64,000 nt of DNA from Monocercomonoides exilis PA203 (lineage: Eukaryota; Protista; Preaxostyla), in contig LSRY02000007.1 of NCBI GenBank assembly GCA_001643675.2, forward strand, positions 62,001-126,000, written 5' to 3'. Position numbers and translations under genes: made by a program. Numbering within the stretch: position 1 is the stretch's first letter; each line of letters starts with the position of its first letter. The notes under the pieces are model-generated. The model was not told the origin of the DNA, searched no databases, and saw nothing but the letters and a program-made list of their open reading frames with translations. Below are positions 25,139 to 37,607 of the stretch, one piece after another.

Positions 25139-26809
25139 TCACTTCTTCTGCCTTTTCTTTGTGAGCTCTCCCAGTGCGAGAGGAGCGCCTTTGTAGCCAG
25201 GATGTGCTTTCCTCCACTCCTGCTCTGCCTTCTCTGCAGCTGCCAGGCATATCTTCTCGTCGTCTGCTGCTGTGTCTGAATGTACTTTGCAGTACGTTGG
25301 CGGCTTTTCGAAGTGGTCATAAGGATTTCCATCGGGACATGCCTTTTGGCAGAGATAGCAGTAGTTCTGCCCGCACTTGCACGGAATACGGTTGCATCCT
25401 GATTCCTTCACACCCGGCGTCCCACACTTCGGGCAGACGCGTATGTATGCTTTGTCGATGGCAAGCTCCACGTAGTGGATCAGGTTCTCTTCCAGGTCTC
25501 CTCTCTTCTTGTTGCTCTCCGCCTGAAGCGGGCAGGGTGTACCCAGCGGATGCGCCTCCTTCCAGCAAATCGTGCAACTCTCCTTGCCGCATTCCTTTCG
25601 CCGACACTTGAAAACAAGCGGAATTTCCTTGCGCTTCTTCAAAGCAGCCTCAGGATTCAGCACCAACTCTTGTTCGTCGATCTCTTCCAGCTTTTCTGTC
25701 AGGTACTCCGCATAAATGCAAAAAGGGCAGTTCAAAGTTGGAATCTTTGACAGTCTCATGTTCTGAAACATCGACAACTCGCTCCATCGCTGGTAAAGCT
25801 CTCCATCTCCAATGGCACGCTTTATGACCGCCTCAGGGTATTCGTAATTACAATCTGGTTCCGCAATGCAGGTGATCTGAGGAGCAGAATTTTTGACTGC
25901 TGCCTGAACGGAATCTCTAAGGCAGTCCACACAAACTTCATGTCCATTCTCGCATACTATCTGCTCGCTTGCGACCTTATCATCTGTATAGCAGATGGGG
26001 CAATCCCATAAATAGCTATGCCCAATGCCCATGACAATATCCAACTTCTCATGCTTCCTGTCCATTAATTTTTTTCGTTCCACTGCCATTTTTGCTTCAT
26101 TCTCCAAAACGAATAGCATTTCTTGATCAAATTCAGGAGAATTATCTGTAATCTCTGTGGGACGCATTGGCATGGGCAAATATGTTTGTCTTATACACTC
26201 TAATGTTAATTGATATCCCCCTTCTGGAGTCCCGCTGAGAGTTCGTGATCGTGAACTTGAGGAAGAAGAAGAAGACGACGCTGGTGGAGGGCTATCTGCG
26301 AGCGACGCTTTCAGCGCCCTTTCAAGTTCCGGATCTTTTGCATTCTTTTGTTCCTTTTTAGCTTCTTCAATTTGCCTATCAAGTTCATCAAGAAAATATT
26401 CGGTCTGTAAATCATAAAGGCGCTTCCAGGAAGGATATAAATGATACTTTGATTCCTCCAAAGCTTTTATTAATATCATCATGTGAAATGAAGGAAATGT
26501 ATTTTTCAGATATGTGATTGTCAACTTTTTCATTTCTGGTGTAACTGGTGTTGTTATATCGGTATAATCAGGCTTTTTCAACGAATTTGGATCTATTTCA
26601 GGTTCTTTTGCTCTCGGATATTCATCTCCTAAAGAAGTTATTTTGTCTATTGTATTTTCCATGTAATTTTCTCCTCCAATAAACTGATTTAATGTTTTTT
26701 CTGCAAATTCTGGATCAATCTGAGGAAACATTATCACAAGTTGACCAAGACATTCTTCGATAATACGTTTTATTGGCTTCTCATCTTTTTTATTTGTTTT
26801 TTCCGCCAT
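25139..26809 (-). CDS. RBR (RING1-IBR-RING2) E3 ubiquitin ligase, RNF216/TRIAD3-like
   Basis: RING1 CPIC...CENGHEVCVDC...CIAEPDC; IBR CPFC...CRRKECGKESCTICWKEAH...C; RING2 CPKCG...KESGCNRIPCKCGQNYCYLC with the catalytic GCN Cys; trailing YDHF motif. Confidence 0.9.
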   Translation of the reverse strand: MAEKTNKKDEKPIKRIIEECLGQLVIMFPQIDPEFAEKTLNQFIGGENYMENTIDKITSLGDEYPRAKEPEIDPNSLKKPDYTDITTPVTPEMKKLTITYLKNTFPSFHMMILIKALEESKYHLYPSWKRLYDLQTEYFLDELDRQIEEAKKEQKNAKDPELERALKASLADSPPPASSSSSSSSSRSRTLSGTPEGGYQLTLECIRQTYLPMPMRPTEITDNSPEFDQEMLFVLENEAKMAVERKKLMDRKHEKLDIVMGIGHSYLWDCPICYTDDKVASEQIVCENGHEVCVDCLRDSVQAAVKNSAPQITCIAEPDCNYEYPEAVIKRAIGDGELYQRWSELSMFQNMRLSKIPTLNCPFCIYAEYLTEKLEEIDEQELVLNPEAALKKRKEIPLVFKCRRKECGKESCTICWKEAHPLGTPCPLQAESNKKRGDLEENLIHYVELAIDKAYIRVCPKCGTPGVKESGCNRIPCKCGQNYCYLCQKACPDGNPYDHFEKPPTYCKVHSDTAADDEKICLAAAEKAEQEWRKAHPGYKGAPLALGELTKKRQKK

Positions 26810-27197
26810 TCGTTTAAACAAAAAACTCAAAAAATAATTGCACGATCAATCATGATCTAACCACAAAAAAATAAGATTAATCTATGAGATTTTTGATTTT
26901 TAAAAAATATTTAAATTATGTTATCATAAACAAAAAATACTTTTCTCTCTCAAGAAAATAAAGTTACCTTATGAGATTTCATTTTATACGATGAGTTCTT
27001 GATTTATAAAGTCCTTTTGATTGAAGAGCAGGAAAAGGACTGGGAGCTTTGGCTTTTGGAGGGGTTTTCTTAAAATATGAAGAAGTTCTCTGAGGATTTG
27101 TTGAAGATAGATGCATTTGGTTTATCCGTTTCGGATGTGAAGAACTTTTAAAAAAATATTGTCAAAAAAGAGTGTTGTTAAGAAAAAATAAAAATTA

Positions 27198-28163
27198 TTA
27201 AGCTAAGCTTTTGACAAACAATTGGCTCATTAATACTTCGCAGTTCTCATCTTCGTCATCATCAATAATTTCAAAATCTTCAAAATCTTTTTCATTCTCA
27301 TTATCATTGATGGTAAGCTGGGAACGTGAACCTATCAATGGTTTGCACTGCTTTTGACAATTGTCCGCTTCAAGTAAAGATGAAAAGCAAGCAGGTAAAT
27401 CAACATTTGTTGTATTTGCGCTTTCCAAAGTTGACAGCGATGTGTTCTTCTTTAAAAACATATCGTTTTTAGCTTTGTTAGCACTATCTTTATCTTGCTG
27501 TAAAGAGCAATTCAATCCTCCCAGATCTTGTGACAAAAGAGCTCGATTTCCAAAGCTTCCTCTCCAAAAAAATGAATTTGATTGAGAGTCATCTAATGGG
27601 CAACATTCTTCAAATTCACTTCCCCATGGGTAATTTTGATAACTATTCCGCATGTTATACAACGTATTTGGAGGAGGACAAAAAGGAAAACAGCTTTGAG
27701 TGCTTTGAAAATGTGCTGGAGCAATTGGAGGTGAAAAAAAAGGTGCTGAAGGATGAGGAGGTGGTATAAAAGGTTGCCCAAAATTAGACTGAAGAAATGG
27801 ATCAATGCTAAAAGGATGCGGCGAAATACAACAAGGAGGTTGTGCTGCATTGCAAGAACTTACACATGGAGGAGATCCAATGCATGGATAAAGAGTTGCT
27901 TCAGGTGGATGCACGTATGGACTGTTTGATGAAGTGGAAAAAGTTGTTGTGACAACTTTTGTAGCGGGTTTGAGCGTGCAAGGGTTACGATTTGTAAACA
28001 TGAAAGTATTTTGCACAATGCATTCTTGAAGGCAAATAACATCTCCACCGCATTTATTTTGGCAAAATGCAAACAATTCCGGATCACCTTGAAATGTAAA
28101 TGTTGTAGTTGGTTGTGTTAATACGGAAAGACAAAATATAATCGATAAAACAGAATTCAGCAT
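27198..28163 (-). CDS. Putative secreted/surface Cys- and Pro-rich protein (a further 3' exon may extend to ~26980)
   Basis: Hydrophobic signal-like N-terminus MLNSVLSIIFCLSVLTQ; spaced cysteines (FCQNKCGGDVICLQEC); Pro-rich middle. Confidence 0.55.
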   Translation of the reverse strand: MLNSVLSIIFCLSVLTQPTTTFTFQGDPELFAFCQNKCGGDVICLQECIVQNTFMFTNRNPCTLKPATKVVTTTFSTSSNSPYVHPPEATLYPCIGSPPCVSSCNAAQPPCCISPHPFSIDPFLQSNFGQPFIPPPHPSAPFFSPPIAPAHFQSTQSCFPFCPPPNTLYNMRNSYQNYPWGSEFEECCPLDDSQSNSFFWRGSFGNRALLSQDLGGLNCSLQQDKDSANKAKNDMFLKKNTSLSTLESANTTNVDLPACFSSLLEADNCQKQCKPLIGSRSQLTINDNENEKDFEDFEIIDDDEDENCEVLMSQLFVKSLA

Positions 28164-28376
28164 AAAAAAAGAGCATGTAAAAACTGCGAATGTTTTACAG
28201 TAATATCTCAAGAATAAAAAGCGTTGCTTCTTTGTGAAACCGAGTAAACAAATGAATGATACATTATTGTGTTTTAAAATTATAAGTTATATTGTTACCA
28301 TATGAGGAAAGCAAGATAAAGAAACTTCTATATAATTAATCATGGGCTTAAATGTTAAATAGATCAAAAAACAATT

Positions 28377-30505
28377 ATGTTGGAGCAAGATGATTGGAAG
28401 TGTACTGTTTGATTTTTTTTTTTTCAAACATTATTTGCATATATGTTAAATTCGCTTTTTTAATTCTAAAGGTTTGCGATGCTTTTAATCATGCTCGACG
28501 CTTGTCATGTAACAAATGTGGAAGTATTCCGTGGAAACAAGAAACTTTAGAGGCACTCACAACTTTGAGAGAGAGATCAAAATCTCCATCTAATTGGCCT
28601 CATAGGGCTATTGGTCGTTTACCAGCATCTTTGCCTCCACTTTCTGTAGAAAAGCTGAAAAACTGTTCTTCATTTCCTTCTCATAGAGAACAAGCAACAA
28701 GTAGAAATGAATCATATCCCACATCATACACATTTTATACGACACGAGAGCGTTCTTCATCATTCGAGCATCCATTACCAAAGCTTCAAAAAGTTGATCT
28801 TTCTGCTTTTTCTGAAAGATTGCAGGATATTAAAAAGAAACAAACCTTTCAAGGCAAAAACCTTGAGCAGCAAAACGATAAACAAAAAGATCAACAATTT
28901 GAAGAAGGATTTGGGGATATTGCTAAGACGAAGTTTCCTCAAAAAAGTGAAAAAACTATTTTTTCAATGAGCGAAAATGAAGGAAAATCACCAAGAGCAG
29001 TTGGCTCATATCGCTGTGGAACCATTCGATCTCCAAATCAATTTTTCGCTCATAAGCGGTTTGGTGATCTTTCGTGCCATTCAGAAAAAAACGTAAACTT
29101 TAATGATGAATCACAAATGCAATCTCTTGTTTTATATTTAAAAAAGCAAGAAAATGCCAGAGAAGAGAGTGAATCACCCCAACAGATAAAATGTCACAAT
29201 GAAAATTTGTCCAGCAACGAAGAAGCGGATCAATTTTCACCGCGCACCGAATCTTCGCCTCAACCGTCTTTTTCAAGTGGAGTTTCTAATTCTTCGAGTC
29301 CACTCCGTCACAACACAACACAACCACAGCAAAGCAGCAATGAGCCAGCTGTGCTGACTGAAAGAAAATCGAGGCAAGGAAGAAGAGTCCGCTTAGGGGG
29401 GGGCTTTGGAAGGGAGAAGATTTGGGATTTGGACGAAATAGGTGCAACGCGAAGAGAAAGCAGAAAATCCAAAGAGAATACAGGAGAAAGAGCAAAATCA
29501 GAGAACAAGACAAATACAGCATTGGGCGATACCTCTGCTGCTTTTTCTAAAACATCCCAATCTCATTCAGCCTCTGCCACACACAGCATTGCTAAGACAA
29601 AAGGACGTGTTGCTTCTTCTTCTAATTCTAATTCTTCTTCTCAATCAGATTCTCCTCCTCTTTCGCCTTCTCCACCACCTCCGTCTCTTCGCTCGCTGCC
29701 TTCAATTGCTATTCGCTCAGTGCCTTCTTCTTCTTCTTCTTCTTCTTGTGATATGACTTCTTCTCCCTCACTTTCTCCTCCAACTGTTTCTTTGCCAAAA
29801 GTGTCGAGTCATTCGCCTGCAAAAGAAACGAAACTTATTTCTGATGATTCTTCTGCATTTCAATTTCCATTTCTCACTTCATCCACTTCATCATCATCAT
29901 CTTCTTCTTCTTCTTCCTCTTCTTCTTCTTCCTCCTCTTCTTCTTCCTCCTCTTCCTCTTCTTCTTCCTCTTGTGATAAATCAACCACAAATGATATTTT
30001 GTCTGCTTTTTCCGGCAGCTCTCCAAACATCATCGTCAAACCGTATTTTGAACCAATCTCTCCAAAAAGCGAAAATCGAATAGAATTAAGTGAGCACAAT
30101 AAAACGCCAGAAAGAGAACCGAAAGACAGAAAAGAAGAAAGAAATAGAAACATTCACAATTTGAATGGGAACGAAAGAGCTGACAGGGAAAATCATGTAA
30201 ATTCTCCTCCTTCTCAGTCGCACTCCTTTTCTTTACTTGCACACCCACCTCATACATCATCTTCTCCTATTGCTCCTTCTCTTTCTTCTTCTTCTTCTTC
30301 TTCTTTCTATTCACCTGCTTCTGTACGAAAGGTTAGCACAATTTTGGATCAAGTGCAATCGCCATCATCTTCATACAGCCCATCACCTGTTTCGCTTTCT
30401 CCTCATGCTCCGATGCTTGCTCAGTCTTCTCTTTCTCGTTCATTTTCTCCTTCTGCTTTTTCAAAAATGGTTCCATTTCACACAAGTCCAAGTACTAAAA
30501 AGTGA
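28377..30505 (+). CDS. RanBP2-type zinc finger protein with long Ser-rich disordered tail (exons 28377-28406, 28472-30505)
   Basis: Removing the GT..AG intron 28407-28471 gives MLEQDDWKCT|VCDAFNHARRLSCNKCG, the W-x-C-x2-C-x3-N-x6-C-x2-C RanBP2 ZnF consensus. Confidence 0.75.
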
Positions 30506-30763
30506 GATGTTTCAATACTTGGAAAAAAGTATTGTTTGTGTAATTATTTGAATCCTTAAAGTTTTTACTGTCTGTTTTATGCTGTTTTTGTTATTTCTTA
30601 TTGTAATGTATGTAATTTTCATGTTCCTTGTTTCATTAAGCTTTATGTGTCATCATAATAACTTCAAAAATAAAAAATTATTATGGCCCAAATTTTTGAT
30701 CATTCTTCGATCTTTACATACTTAGATATATCGATATATCGTTGAGCTTTAAAATCTATCACC

Positions 30764-31486
30764 ATGTCAACTGAAATATCGCTGGACATAGAAGAAATGG
30801 AAAAAATAATTCCTCAAGCGACTAGACCTAATGTTAAACGTTTACTTGAGGGTGTTCTGCGAGATCTTAAGATTCAAAAGGATTCTCTTCCAGAACCTGC
30901 TCCAGTAACGCAACCAGAACGCATTACAAAGTCATATGTTGAAGCATCTAGTTGTGGTTGGGATCAAGAAGGACCGAATATTTTGTTGTTCTGGGAATTG
31001 CCAGAAGTTGGAACTGTTCCAAAAGATAAAATTAATGTGACATGGAATCCTGAGTCAATGATTTGCACAGTTGAAGGACTCAAAGGAAAGAATCATCGTC
31101 TTTCAATAGGACCATTCTTCAGAGAAATCAATACAACTGCTTCAACATATAAAGTTGGACGAAATAGAATAACTTTCACAGTTCAGAAAGAAGTAAAAGG
31201 AAATAGATGGGATGACCTCAAGAGGAAAGAAGACAAATTTAAGCCAAAGAAGAACAAGCCAACAGATAATAGCGATCCCGGAGCTGGTTTGATGGATCTT
31301 ATGAGAAATTTGTATGAAGAAGGAGATGATGAAATGAAGCGTACAATTGCAAAAGCATGGACAGAAAGCAGAGAACAGCAAGCTCGTGGTGGAATGCCAG
31401 GAATGGGAGGGATGGGAGGAATGGGAGGAATGGGTGGTATGGGTGGTATGGGTGGTATGGGAGGCATGGGAGATATGGACTTCTAA
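30764..31486 (+). CDS. CACYBP: Calcyclin-binding protein / Siah-interacting protein (CS + SGS domains) with GGM-repeat tail
   Basis: N-terminal helical hairpin (ATRPNVKRLL), CS domain (GWDQ...VEGLKGKNHRL...WDDL) and SGS motif GLMDLMRNLYEEGDDEMKRTIAKAWTES; intronless. Confidence 0.88.
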   Translation: MSTEISLDIEEMEKIIPQATRPNVKRLLEGVLRDLKIQKDSLPEPAPVTQPERITKSYVEASSCGWDQEGPNILLFWELPEVGTVPKDKINVTWNPESMICTVEGLKGKNHRLSIGPFFREINTTASTYKVGRNRITFTVQKEVKGNRWDDLKRKEDKFKPKKNKPTDNSDPGAGLMDLMRNLYEEGDDEMKRTIAKAWTESREQQARGGMPGMGGMGGMGGMGGMGGMGGMGGMGDMDF

Positions 31487-32593
31487 ATTGCCTTTCATAC
31501 TTCTCATTTTTTTCACTTCTGTTATGAAATTTCAAACATTCGACATTTTAACTTTTGAATCAGTTTTTTCTTTTATGATTGAAAATTGTCACAATTATAC
31601 AAATTATTTTAGTAATAATCTTCTAAATTAACTACATATGTGTAACTTTCATTTTTAGACTTTCAAAAATTGTTAAAAAAAAAAAAAAAGAGCAATTTAT
31701 CTACGCAACTTCATGTTTCAATCTTTTTTATTAAAAAATTAGTTTTTTCAATGATAGAGAGAATAATAATCACACAAAAATTAATAAAGCAAAACATAAT
31801 AATAAACAACTCATTAAAATATTCAAATCATAATAACTGTTTGTCGCGCTGATTGTGTATATTTTGAAAATTTGGATATACCGACATCAAACTGATTGCA
31901 CAAGCAACACGATAATTTGCTCTCAGAGATATAACTAGTCCAAAAGATCCACAGAAAAAAAAGACTCAACCACAACGAACCATTTGACGCAGTTCGTCGT
32001 GTATATCTTAAATTTCAGAATCATTTGCGGCTTGTTCTCTTGACTGTTCACAACTTTTCATTTTCATTGCATACCATAACAAATCAATTTTCATTCAATA
32101 ATTGCAGCTTCTGTTTCAAAATTTTTCATATATTCAATGTCAAAAACAAAAATAAATATCTCAACAAAATTTCATCCTCTTGTAATAAGCATAAACATCT
32201 TCCCTCAAATTTTGTAATCATTTCAACAAATTTTCATCAGAATACTTTTCAAAATCATTCTTTTCTTTGAACACGCTTCTTCTTTAAAGTTCATATTCAA
32301 ATAATAAGTGAAATTTTTCATTTTGAAGCTCAACATCATTTAAATGATTTTTTGCTTTCGCTTTCCATTCATAATTTATTAACATCTTCAATAATGTATT
32401 GTGAAATTATTTCCTGAAAAAAATATATTTAAAAATCAATAAAAAATTGATAATTAATCATCAAAAATTAAATCTCAATTCCAAAAAAATTAGCATGTTC
32501 AAGAAAATCTCAGACGGGTAAACGTGTCAACATTATGATTTCTGACAAATCAATCAAGCTAAACGTTACCAGTATCATCATTTTAAAAAATGC

Positions 32594-32620
32594 TCTCTCT
32601 CTCTCTCTATCTATCTATCT
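32594..32620. repeat. (CT)n-(CTAT)n microsatellite
   Basis: ctctctctctctctctatctatctatct seen directly. Confidence 0.8.
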
Positions 32621-33105
32621 CAAAAGAACATTAATCGAGAACATACTGTGATTGAATGATATTAAATCAAAAAAATACTTTTCCTCGCAAAAGATAATAT
32701 ATATCCTATTGAAAAAATAATTATATTAAAAAAACAAAAATGAGATTTCATTAGTAAAAAGATATCTAGTTCATAAAATCGAAATTTCTCAATCAACAAG
32801 TATCAGAAAAGGTGAAATTGTTTTTCTCTTCATGGATATCAGATACCATAGAGATAATCAGTTTCATTCATCATTATATTACTATTTCTCGTTTAAAACA
32901 AATTTTCAACTTTTATCATACGTATTGCTCAATTAAATAGTGTTCTCTTTTGTCTTTAGCAAAACTGATCAATCGCTTCGCACAAAATATTCAACGAAAA
33001 TCAACTTTCATTCTCACGTTTATAGATCTTAACCATTTTTAGATATAAATTTCCATAATTTGCAATAGGTTTTATTGCCATAACATTTTTTTGAGAAATA
33101 AATTA

Positions 33106-34143
33106 ATGTCTGGCTCTGCTGTGGTCGACATAATTGATCCAAATTTGAAGGATGCTACTTTCAGACAAATTGTCACATTTGCAGAAAAGGCAAAGGAACT
33201 GGACATCTTGTCAAATCGGTACAAAGATTATTTGAAGCATGATTCCAGTTTGTTGAATTGTTTTATTTGTATTTCTTTGGAATTTCTTCTTTCAAAACAG
33301 AAAAATCACAAGAAGTGTTGGAATTGACAAGGGCTTTACTTCAAAAACAAGAACTTGATACTGTTCCTTTGAATCCTGTATTTTTTTTTAATTTATGAAA
33401 TTGATTTTTATTTTGACGTTTTCTAAGATAATAAAAGAAATGGATACAATCGCAAGAGATTGCTTAAATGATTACATTAATCAAACGACATCGTTTACCT
33501 TGTGGTTTATGCTTGACAAGCCAGAAATATCAGATACAGATCAATTTGACGCTCAAGTTATTGTATGATAAACAAATTGTTCATATTGATTTTTTTCATT
33601 CCATCATATAATTGTTATTGATGCGACTGATTTTCGTTTTGTAAAGGAAACGGTTCTTGGCTTATTGATCCAGTATAAAACATTTGCAGTGGAAATGCTT
33701 GAACATTTTGAATTGTATCATAACACAAGAGGAAAATTATTTGTAAAAGTGTGTTTGATGAAGCCTCTTTTTATGCATTAAAATTATTGGCTTGAAAATG
33801 AATTTCAATTTATTCTGAAAAATGAAATCAATTTCAAAAGTATTTTATCTATCCTGGGGTTGAAGACATCGCAGATGCAATTGTCGAAACAGATGCAAAG
33901 CAACTGGCAGAAGCTGCACAAATTTTAATAGATTTAAAGTGTGTTCTGTTTCTTTATGATATTTTTATTATTTAAAAATTAATATCTTTATTTCGATAAC
34001 ATTTCATTCTCTCAATCAAATTGGAATTTTTCGTATCCAAATGGTTCATCAGGGACTATTATATTCATATACATGATCAAATTGTTAAAAATATTGAAAA
34101 AATGACAAAATCTCCAAAGAAACAGAAACATGGAAGATCTTGA
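33106..34143 (+). CDS. Proteasome activator PA28/REG (11S) family subunit, six short exons (largely missed by the ORF track)
   Basis: Spliced WFMLDKPEISDTDQFDAQVI|ETV...YHNTRGKLFVK|YFIYPGVEDIADAIVETDAKQ...|YIHIHDQIVKNIEKMTKSP aligns with the PA28 C-terminal helices (YY..RAK...KYPHVEDY...DEKE...LHD.I.KN.EKI..P). Confidence 0.75.
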
Positions 34144-34381
34144 AAAAGTCAAAATTTTTTTCAAAATTGATGAAATTTATGATTTGCTCTTTATTTCTAA
34201 GCTATTAAAGTTCATTTCATCTCTCAATCACTTCAACGCATTGACTTTCCGTTTTTATAAACATTATTATAATATTTTTGTAAATATGAATTGAATGATT
34301 TCATTTTAATTTGTATTTTAAAAATATTGTTATGTGAATCGATCAAATTGTCAACCGATCAAGCCCTTTTACAGTCGCGTC

Positions 34382-35287
34382 ATGTTTAAAGAAGGTTATT
34401 GCAACTTTTCAATTTGAATGACTTATTTATTATTTACTATTTTTGTGGCTGTATGTATTTATTTTGTGTTTAAATCTTAAAATGAAAAAAATATTAGTTG
34501 TGTTCTTGTCAATATTTTGTCCCTGCAATGCATGCCAGTCGAGATGATTTTCCACCGAGAAAATCTTTTTCATCACATCACACCCAACAACAAATGCCAC
34601 AACAAATTCCACAACAGATGCCACAGCAAATGCCTCAAGTTCAGAAACAAATTGATCCTTCTGTTTGAAAAAATTCAATTTTTTTTTATTATCTTTTTGT
34701 TATTCGATTCTGTCAATGATAGAGTTACATGCCATCACCTACTTCCATGACATTTTTACCACCTCAAGATGAATATAGTATTTTGGATTATGATTCACCT
34801 TCTACTTATATTGATGATAGAGCCAGAAACTACCCTCCTCAGCAACCCCAACAGCAAATGCAGCATCAACCTCAACAGCAACAGCAACAAAAACAATTTC
34901 ATCCCATTCGACCATTGCCTCCTCATGTTATTGAACATATGAAAGAAGATGAAGAGATTTCAAAGATCAGAAAAAGTGCTGTTACAAATCGTGGAAATTT
35001 CATTGCAAGAAAAGCAGTTCCAAATTTTGATCCTCATTCTGCATTTCCAGCGGTGTGCTTCACTGTCTCATATTTATTCTCATCTCAAATTTCTTTATCA
35101 TTATTATTCCTTTATGTAGCATCCAACTCCTCTATTCTCTTCTCCACCTCCTACAGAGGTGATGGTTTGGAGCGATGAGCCATTTCTACCTCTTTGCAAT
35201 CAAGACACTTCATGTAGACGATACTATACAGTTTGTGATTGTTCCATGCGAGATCAATATCCCTGGTTGTGTTGGGATGTTCAGTGA
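34382..35287 (+). CDS. Hypothetical Gln/Pro-rich protein, multi-exon; boundaries uncertain
   Basis: Exons encode QQQMPQQIPQQMPQQMPQ and YPPQQPQQQMQHQPQQQQQQ; a Cys-containing last exon ends ...WLCWDVQ*. Confidence 0.45.
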
Positions 35288-35780
35288 GAAAGGAATAATA
35301 TAGGCTTTGGCTTAAATGATAAAAGAATGGAAGTTATATTACTTTTTTTAACGATAGGTGGTATTTTTTTCTTTTATTATTGTTATTCGATGTATTCTTC
35401 GTTCATTTCAAATTGATGTGTGATCATGACAGTGATAATTTTAATAAATAAATAAGGCTGGGGTTGTTGCATCACGTTAGTATTATTCTTGATTTTTCAA
35501 TTTCACTTTTTTTTTTCCAATAAAATACGCACGAACAAGAAATCAAAACGATAGCATAAACAAATGAAGTGGACTTAAGAAGCAATTGAACCAACAAATT
35601 AAAATGAACATTCAAAAATTTTTATTCAAATTCAAAGATAAATTAATTAATTTTATCTTCAATTTTTGTCTTCACTTTCTTTTCAATTTAAATACATTTG
35701 CAAAAGAGAGAAAAGCGGATTAAACAACTGTTACAAATAAATATTACTAGTCATAATGAGTATTTCCAAAAAATATAAAT

Positions 35781-37429
35781 CTATTCCTGTGCTTTGCTGG
35801 CGTCTTCTTTCTTTTCTTCTTCTATTGTTTCATTTTTTTCTTCTTTCTTTTCTTCTTCGGTTTTGTTTTCATTCTTTTCTTCATCTTTCGTTTGTTCGTC
35901 TTCTTTAGCCTTTTCTTCTTCTTTCTCTTCTTCTTTGTGTTGTTCACTTTCCTTTGGTTTCTTTTGTTCCATCTCTGCTAAAATAGCATCTACCACAAGT
36001 TGGCACATCGAAGGGAGCTCATTTGCCAGAGGAGTTTCGAAGCAGAATCGCACAGGCTGCTCCGCTGTTGGCCCAGGAACACTGTCAACAACAATTTGAA
36101 AAGAACACACATGATATGGAAAAAATGGTGCGTGACGGTTAAAATTAATTGATTAAAAAAAGATTGTAATTAAAAGATTAAGGAAAGGGAAATAGAAAGA
36201 AAACAAGAGAAATGAAAGGGGAAAAAAAATATAAAAGAGTTTCAATCGCAAAAGAAAAGGACAGAAACAATGAAAAATATGTTATGACTTTCGAATCAAA
36301 ACGACTTTAAAATTGAGGCGTTTTGGTTACGCTGTTTAAAGTAAGATTCCAAACCTGTAAGCAAATGTAGATGTAGGTGCGTGGAGTGCCCATCCAATTA
36401 TCTCTCGAAATGAATTCACTCTGATTTGCATATTCTGCCAATTCTTCCCTTTCTTCATATCTAAAGGCTTGTAGTATGTATAAATTCCATTTTTGTTTAT
36501 TGCAATAATTCCTGGCCTCCTTTTTGGTTCCCCGCCATCAATTGGTATAACCTCTACGCCTTCATAAAATACACTCCCAAATACATCTGGGACCATTTCC
36601 TTCAGCATATTCAAATATCTAACTTTTCCTTCAAACTCACTTGCTATTGATGATGATCCAAGACGTATGTATGCTTCGAGTAACTGCTTCTCCCATTGAG
36701 CAGGCTTCTTTCTTTCAATGATGCCAGTTGGAATAAAACGATTGACCAATCCAGCGGATCTTAAAAATCAAAACACATTTTTAAAACAAGTTGAAAGATA
36801 TGTAAAAATCAAGTTATTTTTTGTTATATTGTTGGCTAAATCCAATTTTCACAATTGATTCAAACGTTAAAAAGCCAGATTTATGCTTAGAAGCAGACGG
36901 CTGCCCAAAAGTTACCCGTAAGTCAACAGCTGCAAGCTCTAGAAAATCGTGTTCATCTAAAACATAATATCCTCGAAGTACTTCTTCCCTCATCTAATAA
37001 ATATAAAATGAATAAATATCAAAGCTTTTCAAAATAATAATAATAATAACTGCAAACTTGTATAAAAGTCATATGAACAGCAACAGCATCTGTCATATTA
37101 GTTTCAAGAAAATGCCTCCTCTTGTAAACAAGTGTATTTGGGGGTGTGACTCGTGGAACAAGGTTTTCAGGAAGCAAAAAACGATCTGTGTTCGTTAAAT
37201 GTAAATTTTTTGAATATATAAGCGGTTTTCATTAATAATAAATATGTGATGTTTTTTGCATACCGTATGTCACTCCTCCATCCGAAAATGATTCAAAAGA
37301 TGCAAAAGCTTCTGTATCAACTGTAAGTTGTATTTTGGAAGCGATTTTCTGATTAAGTTCACTAACAGTTGTGTCATCGCCAATGACAAATTTTTTGGTG
37401 CTTTTATCCTCAAATACAACCTCGATCAT
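35781..37429 (-). CDS. Stand-alone FERM-domain protein with acidic/Lys-rich tail, multi-exon
   Basis: F1 ubiquitin-like MIEVVFEDKSTKKFVIGDDTTVSEL; F2 LVYKRRHF...EVLRGYY...FLELAA...RYLNMLKEMVPDVFGSVFY; F3 PH-like IIAINKNGIY...IIGW...FCFETP...ILAEM. Confidence 0.78.
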
Positions 37430-37607
37430 TATTGACTTATTTCATTAAGGGTTTTCACTAATAGATAAGTAGAAAAAAACATGATATCAATCAAACGAAA
37501 AGCACAAATAAGAATTTTTCTTTTTCGTTTCATGCATTGTTTGTGAGATTTCTATTTAAATAAGTGTCGTCACAGAAGAAAATTTTAAATTGAATCAAAA
37601 TTATATA

